Assembly: GCA_031424835.1 (NCBI GenBank)
Contig: JANPIE010000025.1
Span: 10,423-74,422, forward strand
DNA: 64,000 nucleotides
Direction of reading: 5' to 3'
DNA from: Chitinophagaceae bacterium
Lineage (GTDB): Bacteria > Bacteroidota > Bacteroidia > Chitinophagales > Chitinophagaceae
The notes below the pieces were generated by a model. That model saw only the letters and a list, made by a program, of their open reading frames with translations. It was not told the origin of the DNA and did not search any database. A program made the translations under genes and the position numbers. Below, in pieces: positions 54,902 through 62,251 of the stretch. How positions within the stretch are numbered: the first letter of the stretch is position 1; each line of letters begins with the position of its first letter.

Positions 54902-56333
54902 CCTCCTCCTCTCCAACATACCTTCTCTCCGGCAGGCTTTTCGCTACCAACATAAACAATACTATAAAGACCGAAAGGATTGCCAGGAACAGCCAGTAAT
55001 ATTTGGCGCCGGTGAACTGGCTGAAGAAGCCTTTGTTTACGATACTGTTATTTACTACACTTACCAGCAGATTACCCATTGAAATACCCAGGAGATATAA
55101 TGCGCTCATGGTACTCTTCATTGATTTTGGCGCATGGGTATAAGCATATTCCAGGCAGGTTACCGAAACGAGTATCTCCGAAGATGCAAGCAGTATATAG
55201 GCCAGTACCTGCCACCATACAGAAGGTTTGCCACCTGCATCCACCCTTTCCTGCAATAAAGCGATGATGACAAAACACAGACCGATCACCACCAGGCCGG
55301 CTCCGATCTTGCGTAATGGGGTAATCTTCAACCCCCGCTTTTCAAGGAAGGGGAATAATCCATAGGTAAAAACAGGGATCAGGATGATCAGGAACAGCGG
55401 GTTGATAAAATTGACCTGCTCAGGCAATATTTTAAAATCTCCCACCAGCGTAAGATCCAGGCGTGTAGCCTGCAATACCCACTCAGAAAGGTTTTGATCC
55501 CATAATGCCCAGAAGATCGGTGTGAAGGCGAATACGGCCAATACCCTGTAAACCGCTTTGATACCATCGATCGATTTGGCAGAATATTTTTCCGCAACAG
55601 CCTCCCAAACTTTTTGTCCGGGTTTGCGGCTGAATAATTTCAGCAGGGCATACGTCGAAATCGTAAAGAAATTTTCCCGGTTGATTCCCGCAGGAGGCAC
55701 TCGCTTATATTTTTTTCTTCCCAGCCAGAAGGTGATGGTAGCCAGGGCCATCAATATTCCAGGTACGCCAAAAGCCACACCCGGACCGAAGTTTTTCATC
55801 AGTACTGGAATGAATAAAGGTGCTAAAGTACCACCCAGGTTGATGCTCATATAAAACCACCCATATACTTTTGAGAGCAGGTGTTCATTGGATTTATCGA
55901 ACTGGTCTCCCACATTTGCGGATACGCATGATTTTATTCCACCAGCGCAGCAGGCGATTACGATAAGTCCGAGGCTGAAAAGCCTATAGTTGCTTTCCGA
56001 CACAGATAAAATAAAATGACCCAGGGTATACACAATAGAAACAAACAGGATCACCCGGTATTTACCAAAAAACCAGTCAGCCATAATGGCTCCAACCAGT
56101 GGCATGAAATAGGCCAGCGTAACAAACAGGTGCGACATTTCATTGGCACGGGCATCCGCTTCAGCGGTAAGGGAAGGGTTGAGAGCAGGATTGAAAAAAG
56201 CGACCGCCATATAGGTAACCATGATGGACCGTAGGCCGTAAAAACTAAATCTTTCTGCTATCTCGTTCACAATGATAAAAGGGATCGCCCGCGGCATACC
56301 GGTTTTCTTAACCTCGCTCTGTATTTCGGCCAT
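54897..56333 (-). CDS. POT/PTR2 family proton-coupled oligopeptide MFS transporter
   Basis: EIAERFSFYG (ExxER motif), GAIMADWFFGKY, GGIKSCVSANVGDQF and FYMSINLG. Confidence 0.95.
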   Translation of the reverse strand: MAEIQSEVKKTGMPRAIPFIIVNEIAERFSFYGLRSIMVTYMAVAFFNPALNPSLTAEADARANEMSHLFVTLAYFMPLVGAIMADWFFGKYRVILFVSIVYTLGHFILSVSESNYRLFSLGLIVIACCAGGIKSCVSANVGDQFDKSNEHLLSKVYGWFYMSINLGGTLAPLFIPVLMKNFGPGVAFGVPGILMALATITFWLGRKKYKRVPPAGINRENFFTISTYALLKLFSRKPGQKVWEAVAEKYSAKSIDGIKAVYRVLAVFAFTPIFWALWDQNLSEWVLQATRLDLTLVGDFKILPEQVNFINPLFLIILIPVFTYGLFPFLEKRGLKITPLRKIGAGLVVIGLCFVIIALLQERVDAGGKPSVWWQVLAYILLASSEILVSVTCLEYAYTHAPKSMKSTMSALYLLGISMGNLLVSVVNNSIVNKGFFSQFTGAKYYWLFLAILSVFIVLFMLVAKSLPERRYVGEEEA

Positions 56334-56426
56334 AAGTTGTATTTTGGATTTTTAAAGGTATCGGAAAAATTAACCTAAGAGGTACACTTATTGTAGCTTG
56401 TACCCTCATCCAAAATCAGCGATTGT

Positions 56427-58490
56427 ATGTCAGACTCAAAAAAAGTATTCAAACCTTTTGTCGCGCCTGAAACGCAGATGAAGGAGCTTACCGTTAAATC
56501 TATACTCGTAGGCAGCCTGTTTGGTGTCATTTTTGGCGCGGCCACAGTATATCTTGCCTTAAAAGCGGGTCTTACCGTTTCTGCCTCTATCCCCATTGCA
56601 GTGATCGCCATTACATTGGGTAGAAAATTCCTGAAGACCACCATCCTCGAGAACAACATCATACAAACCACTGGTTCAGCCGGTGAAAGTATTGCAGCGG
56701 GTGTGGCTTTTACCTTACCTGGTTTTTTATTTCTTTCTTCGCCCAGCAGCGCAGAATATTTCAACTACCTCACCATTCTTATCCTGGCCATTGTGGGAGG
56801 ATTGCTGGGTACGCTGCTGATGGTGCCACTGCGTAAGGCACTTATCGTAAACGAACATGAGAACCTGCCTTACCCCGAGGGTACGGCCTGTGGTGACGTA
56901 CTGAAAGCGGGAGAAAAAGGCGGCGACTTCGCACGTACCGCATTCTGGGGTTTGGGCGTGGCGCTGGTATATGCGATCCTGCAGAAAGTATTGCATGTGA
57001 TTGCGGAAACGCCTTATTATGCCACCAAACAGATCAATAAGTTTTTTCCATCTGCTAAAGTGAGTGGAGAGATTACTCCGGAATACCTGGGTGTGGGATA
57101 TATTATCGGGCCCAAAATTGCGGGGGTACTGGTAGCTGGTAGCGTATTAAGCTGGCTGGTATTTATTCCCTTATTATCTACGCTGGTACCCTCAGATGTG
57201 ATTGCCACCCAACTGGTAAAACTGGGTTACCTCGCAGATATTGCCCAGCCCGGTGGTAAAGGCGGATGGGATCCCGTTTCGCATACATTCACTGATTATT
57301 CTGCGGCCATCTATTATGCCTTCATTCGCCAGGTAGGTGCCGGCACCGTGGCGGCAGGGGGCATCATTACCCTTATCAAAACCATTCCTACCATCGTAAA
57401 ATCTGTAAAAGGAAGTTTCGCATCTTTAAAAACAAATAAAGAAGCAGGGGCCGCATCAATCCTGCGTACAGACAGGGACCTAAGTTTAAAAGTGGTTGGT
57501 TTCGGCAGCCTTGCATTGGTGGCGCTCATAGCGGTACTGCCACAGGTTCCCGGCGATAGTATTCTGCAGAAATTGCTGATTGGTGTACTGGTGCTGCTGT
57601 TCGGGGCCCTGTTTGTTACGGTGTCTTCACGCATTGTTGGATTGATCGGTTCTTCCAATAACCCCATCAGTGGTATGACCATTGCAACGGTTATGGGTAC
57701 CAGTCTTATCTTTTTAAGTGTTGGCTGGAGCGGACAGGCATTTGAACCGCTGGTGTTGGTGGTAGGAGGAATGATCTGTATCGCGGCTGCCAATGCCGGC
57801 GCTACTTCGCAGGATCTGAAAAGCGGCTACATTGTTGGGGCCACGCCACGCAACCAGCAGATCGCTTTGTTTGTGGGGGCCATTGTCTCTTCCATAGTAA
57901 TTGGCCTCACTGTTAAGTTCCTGGATAAACCTACTACTGAAATGATGCAGCAGGGTATCACACATGCCATCGGTTCAGAAAAATATCCTGCGCCACAGGC
58001 CACACTGATGGCCACCCTCATCAAGGGAATTTTATCACAGAACCTCGACTGGCAGTATGTGGTGGTGGGTATATTTCTGGCCATCGTAATGGAATTATGT
58101 AATATCAAATCATTGAGTTTCGCCATTGGCGTATACCTGCCATTGGCCACTACCTTACCCATTTTCATAGGTGGCGCTATCCGTGGTATAGTGGAAGCCA
58201 AACAGAAAAAAGAAAAAAGGCAAATGAATCCCGAAGAAGAAGAATTGGGTAAGGGCAACCTGTTTGCCACCGGACTTGTTGCCGGAGGCGCTGTAGCAGG
58301 TGTGATCATCGCATTCCTGGCAGGATCATCGGGGGGAGAAAAATTCCTGAATGCAGTCAGCATGGAACATGGTCTGGAGGGTGCATTGTCGGAGGGAGGC
58401 TATTTCATACTTGGCACTTTGTTCTTTGCATTGATGGGACTCATCCTTTACCGCGTAGCGATCAAAAAATCTGATCCGAACCCGCTATAA
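56427..58490 (+). CDS. OPT family oligopeptide transporter
   Basis: ELTVKSILVG, YLALKAGLTVSASIPIAV, ENNIIQTTGSAGES, LPYPEGTAC, SNNPISGMTIAT and PAPQATLMA. Confidence 0.96.
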   Translation: MSDSKKVFKPFVAPETQMKELTVKSILVGSLFGVIFGAATVYLALKAGLTVSASIPIAVIAITLGRKFLKTTILENNIIQTTGSAGESIAAGVAFTLPGFLFLSSPSSAEYFNYLTILILAIVGGLLGTLLMVPLRKALIVNEHENLPYPEGTACGDVLKAGEKGGDFARTAFWGLGVALVYAILQKVLHVIAETPYYATKQINKFFPSAKVSGEITPEYLGVGYIIGPKIAGVLVAGSVLSWLVFIPLLSTLVPSDVIATQLVKLGYLADIAQPGGKGGWDPVSHTFTDYSAAIYYAFIRQVGAGTVAAGGIITLIKTIPTIVKSVKGSFASLKTNKEAGAASILRTDRDLSLKVVGFGSLALVALIAVLPQVPGDSILQKLLIGVLVLLFGALFVTVSSRIVGLIGSSNNPISGMTIATVMGTSLIFLSVGWSGQAFEPLVLVVGGMICIAAANAGATSQDLKSGYIVGATPRNQQIALFVGAIVSSIVIGLTVKFLDKPTTEMMQQGITHAIGSEKYPAPQATLMATLIKGILSQNLDWQYVVVGIFLAIVMELCNIKSLSFAIGVYLPLATTLPIFIGGAIRGIVEAKQKKEKRQMNPEEEELGKGNLFATGLVAGGAVAGVIIAFLAGSSGGEKFLNAVSMEHGLEGALSEGGYFILGTLFFALMGLILYRVAIKKSDPNPL

Positions 58491-58535
58491 CGGTACTAAC
58501 AGGTACCGCAACCGGTTCAATCACCCTGGCAAAAC

Positions 58536-58580
58536 GATCACAAGGCAGCACCATTCATTTAGTGCTGCCTTGTGATCTTT
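58536..58580 (+). terminator. Perfect 16-bp stem hairpin after the OPT gene, probable terminator
   Basis: GATCACAAGGCAGCAC-CATTCATTTA-GTGCTGCCTTGTGATC followed by TTT. Confidence 0.7.
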
Positions 58581-58709
58581 GTAGCGTAATACCCGCCTAA
58601 AATCTCCGTTTTATAAGCTCCATCAAAAACAGCAAATTTTTTTGGCTGCTTTTTGCCCCCGGATTAAACCATTCCCTGCAGAAACCATCCAACCCCCAAA
58701 GCTGTTCTC

Positions 58710-60701
58710 ATGCGTATCCATCGAATGATCAAAACTTTCTCCGCAGGTGCCGCACTTACGGTGATCTCTGCCTTTGCACAGGGCAATTACAGCTCCCCGG
58801 AACCCAAATTGAATCTCCCCTATAAAAAAATGGGATTGACACAGGAACAGGCCGCCGCACATTTGCTCGGTCGTTTTAGTTTTGGGCCCACACCCGGGCA
58901 GGTAAAGGCGGTGGCCGATATGGGGCTGGAAAAATGGCTTGGTCAGCAATTGGATGCAGTTTTACCCGATGATGAAGTAAGCAAAAGACTATCCGGTTAC
59001 GATGCACTTACACTCGATAACAAAACCATTGTGAATACCTACCTCAATGCCGGGCAGGTTATCCGCGTGGCGGCAAAGAATAAGTTACTGGATAAAGACT
59101 CTATCAGGAACCTTGAAAAACCCGAATACCGTCAGCAGATAAAACGGTTGATGGATCAGCAGGGGTATAAACCACAACAGGAGCTGCACAGACAACTCAT
59201 CAATCAAAAGATCATTCGCGCGGCCTACGGGCAGAACCAGTTGAAGGAAGTGCTGACGGATTTCTGGTTCAATCATTTTAATGTGTCCCTCACCAAAGGT
59301 CAGAGCCAGCAGTTTGTGATGACTTATGAGCGGGATGCGATCCGTCCGCATGTTCTGGGCAATTTTGAAACGATGCTGGAGGCTACCGCCAAACATCCGG
59401 CAATGCTTGAATACCTGGATAATGCAAGTAGTGTGAGTAATGATAATGACATGTCGCGCCGGCAGCAGAATAATGTATTGGCACGTGCCGCAAGAAAGCG
59501 AATGGAAGCAATGGCTATGGACACTACCCGGCCCGGTTCCAAAATTCTTGCACAAACATTGAAAGCAAAAAAAACGCAGGGGTTAAACGAAAACTATGCA
59601 CGCGAGGTAATGGAGTTGCACACATTGGGAGTTGATGGCGGTTATACGCAGCGTGATGTTACCGAGCTGGCCCGTATATTAACGGGATGGGGTGTTGCAC
59701 CATTGTACAAAGATGGTCCGGGTATGAAACTAATGGAAACCGCAGGTCCCGCAGTATTGGCGAGAAGGGGATATAAAATAGAAGGCGATTTTTTATTCAG
59801 GGGTGATAAACATGACCAGGAGGCGAAAACCATTCTCGGAAAAACCTATCCTGCCAATGGAGGATACGAGGAAGGTGTTGAAATATTGCAGACGCTCGCC
59901 AATCATCCGTCAACCGCAAGGTTCATTTGTACCAAACTGGCCGCGCGTTTTGTGGCCGATACACCCAATGCGGTACTGGTAAATAAAATGGCCGAAACCT
60001 ATCTTAAGAACAAAGGAAACATTCGGTCGGTGTTAATCACCATGGTGAGCAGTCCTGAGTTCTGGGATACAAAATCACTGCGTGCAAAGGTGAAATCTCC
60101 GTTTGAACTGGCCATCAGTACCATCCGGGCTACCAATGCCGATATACAGCAGCCTTTCCAGGTGTTTAACTGGTGTACCAAAATGGGGCAACGTTTTTAC
60201 TATTACCAGGCGCCTACCGGATTTCCCGACCGTGCCAGTTACTGGATCAATACAGGTTCCTTACTTAACAGAATGAATTTTGGACTGGCATTCGCTACTG
60301 AAAAAATTCCGGGTGTAAAACTCAACCTGGCGTCTTTAAACAATAACCATGAACCGGAGAGCGCTGAAGCGGCTTTAATGGTGTACAGCAAAATATTGTT
60401 ACCTGAACGTAACGCCGATGAAAATGTAAAGAGGCTTACCGCCATGGTAAGGGATGTAAATCTGGAACAGAAAATAACTGCGGCCGCCGAAAAAACCGCG
60501 GTGCCCAACACGCAAATGACATCCGATGATGAGATGATGATGGAAGCGGTGCCTGCACAAAAAAATAAAAAGCCAAACCAGAAAGCGGCCCTTGGCAAAA
60601 AGAATTTACCGGTAACTACTTTGTATGTGGCTGGCAATGTGAATACCGTATCTCAGGTAACCGGTATCATCATCGGTTCGCCGGAGTTTCAGCGAAAATA
60701 A
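58710..60701 (+). CDS. DUF1800 family protein
   Basis: AAHLLGRFSFG, LTDFWFNHFNV, HPAMLEYLDN, NENYAREVMELHTLG, ANHPSTARFI..KLA.RFV, KVKSPFE and SPEFQRK. Confidence 0.95.
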   Translation: MRIHRMIKTFSAGAALTVISAFAQGNYSSPEPKLNLPYKKMGLTQEQAAAHLLGRFSFGPTPGQVKAVADMGLEKWLGQQLDAVLPDDEVSKRLSGYDALTLDNKTIVNTYLNAGQVIRVAAKNKLLDKDSIRNLEKPEYRQQIKRLMDQQGYKPQQELHRQLINQKIIRAAYGQNQLKEVLTDFWFNHFNVSLTKGQSQQFVMTYERDAIRPHVLGNFETMLEATAKHPAMLEYLDNASSVSNDNDMSRRQQNNVLARAARKRMEAMAMDTTRPGSKILAQTLKAKKTQGLNENYAREVMELHTLGVDGGYTQRDVTELARILTGWGVAPLYKDGPGMKLMETAGPAVLARRGYKIEGDFLFRGDKHDQEAKTILGKTYPANGGYEEGVEILQTLANHPSTARFICTKLAARFVADTPNAVLVNKMAETYLKNKGNIRSVLITMVSSPEFWDTKSLRAKVKSPFELAISTIRATNADIQQPFQVFNWCTKMGQRFYYYQAPTGFPDRASYWINTGSLLNRMNFGLAFATEKIPGVKLNLASLNNNHEPESAEAALMVYSKILLPERNADENVKRLTAMVRDVNLEQKITAAAEKTAVPNTQMTSDDEMMMEAVPAQKNKKPNQKAALGKKNLPVTTLYVAGNVNTVSQVTGIIIGSPEFQRK

Positions 60702-60770
60702 AATGTGGCATTATGCCTTTGCGAAAATGTTGAACGCAGAGTTGCTGATGCGCAATGAAAAACAGAGTAT

Positions 60771-62030
60771 ATGATAAATCGCAGGGCATTTATGAAATCA
60801 GGCGCTATGGCGCTTTTTGCTGCAGGTTTTGGTGGCGTGCCAACTTTTATTGCGCGTGCCGCAGATAGCCGTAAGATCGTGGGTCCCTACAAGAAAAACA
60901 AAACGCTGGTATGTATTTTCCAGCGTGGGGCAATGGATGGACTGATGGCGGTAAGTCCATACACCGACCCAAACCTGAAAACACTGCGACCTACACTCTA
61001 TATGAGTCCGGCACAGAACGAAGGAAAGTTGATTGATCTGGATGGCCGGTTCGGTTTACATCCTTCCCTGCAATCCTTCGCACCCTTTTTTACCGAAGGG
61101 CGCATGGCCATTGTGCATGGTGTAGGCAGCCCAAACAATACCCGAAGTCATTTTGATGCGCAGGATTATATGGAGAGTGGAACACCCTTCAGCAAAAGTA
61201 CCCCCAGCGGCTGGCTTAATCGTGCGGTGGGTTTAATGGGACATGATGCAACGCCTTTCCGCGCTGTCAGTCTCACGAGTGCTATGCCCAGGAGTTTGTA
61301 TGGCGATAATGAATCACTCGCTATTAATAACCTGCAGGAGTTTGCCATCCAGATGCGCGGCAACCCTATGGCTTCCAATCTGGCTTCCAGGTCTTTTGAA
61401 CAGTTATACGACCAAACTTCCAGCGAAATTCTTAACCGTACGGGGAAGGAAAGTTTTGATGCGCTGAAGATGCTCAATGTAAACAACATCAAAAACTACC
61501 AGCCTGCAAACGGCGTGGTGTACCCCGCCTCGCCATTGGGTAATTCTTTGAAACAGATTGCGGTGCTTATAAAAATGAATATTGGTGTGGAAGTGGCTTT
61601 TGCGGAAAGTGGTGGATGGGATACGCATTTCAACCAGGGGGCAGCCAATGGCGCACTCGCCCGTAACCTGAGAGATTTTAGTGAAAGCATTGCGGCATTC
61701 TGGAAAGATATGGATGCGCACCAGGATGATGTTACGGTAATGACCATGACCGAATTTGGCCGCACCGCCCACCAGAACGGCACCGGTGGAACAGATCATG
61801 GACGTGCCAGTTGCCTGTTTGTTTTGGGAAATGATGTGCAGGGTGGAAAAGTATACAACAATATCAAAACGCTTTCGCGCCAGGATCTGGAAGACGGCCG
61901 TGACCTTCCTGTAACAACCGATTTCCGCGCTGTATTCAGCGCAGTTGCCAACGGGCATTTAAAGATCAACAACAACCAGAAACTATTTCCTCAATGGGAT
62001 GGTAAGAGTTTGTCAATAATGAAGGCATAA
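60771..62030 (+). CDS. DUF1501 family protein with Tat signal
   Basis: NRRAFMK Tat motif; IFQRGAMDGL, RSHFDAQDYMESG, GGWDTH, MTEFGRT and GTDHG. Confidence 0.95.
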   Translation: MINRRAFMKSGAMALFAAGFGGVPTFIARAADSRKIVGPYKKNKTLVCIFQRGAMDGLMAVSPYTDPNLKTLRPTLYMSPAQNEGKLIDLDGRFGLHPSLQSFAPFFTEGRMAIVHGVGSPNNTRSHFDAQDYMESGTPFSKSTPSGWLNRAVGLMGHDATPFRAVSLTSAMPRSLYGDNESLAINNLQEFAIQMRGNPMASNLASRSFEQLYDQTSSEILNRTGKESFDALKMLNVNNIKNYQPANGVVYPASPLGNSLKQIAVLIKMNIGVEVAFAESGGWDTHFNQGAANGALARNLRDFSESIAAFWKDMDAHQDDVTVMTMTEFGRTAHQNGTGGTDHGRASCLFVLGNDVQGGKVYNNIKTLSRQDLEDGRDLPVTTDFRAVFSAVANGHLKINNNQKLFPQWDGKSLSIMKA

Positions 62031-62042
62031 CTCTCCGTGACA

Positions 62043-62159
62043 TTCTGTGTCCTCTGTGGCTCTGTAGTGAAGCCTTCGCTTCGAATGATATTGAACGTTC
62101 AATAAAGAATAATTTTTCCTTCACCACAGATTCACAGAGGGCACAGAATACCACAGAGG
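62043..62159. repeat. About 106-bp symmetric element: 29-bp imperfect nonamer-type arms (CTCTGTG / CACAGAG) around a 16-bp perfect palindrome
   Basis: Arms at 62043-62071 and 62120-62148, 25 of 29 complementary; TATTGAACGTTCAATA at 62089-62104. Confidence 0.8.
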
Positions 62160-62166
62160 TTTTCGA

Positions 62167-62251
62167 TCCTTGCTCATCTGTTCCTTGTTCCCTGCTCCTC
62201 TGTTCCCCTGCCCTTCAGCATTCAAAATTCATTGTTCGATATTCGATATTA
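62167..62251 (-). repeat. Heptamer array (AATATCG/AATTTTG plus AGCAGGG/AACAAGG family) starting at the TonB receptor stop
   Basis: Minus strand T-AATATCG AATATCG AACAATG AATTTTG AATGCTG AAGG...AGCAGGG AACAAGG...; same family as 5554-5592. Confidence 0.72.

Noticed and set aside
54792-55082. 96-aa ORF with SRLTSHV heptad repeats as a real repeat protein
   Set aside because: It is the translation of the stop-free (TCTCACG)n strand, starts at TTG and runs antisense into the POT gene. Nothing supports expression.
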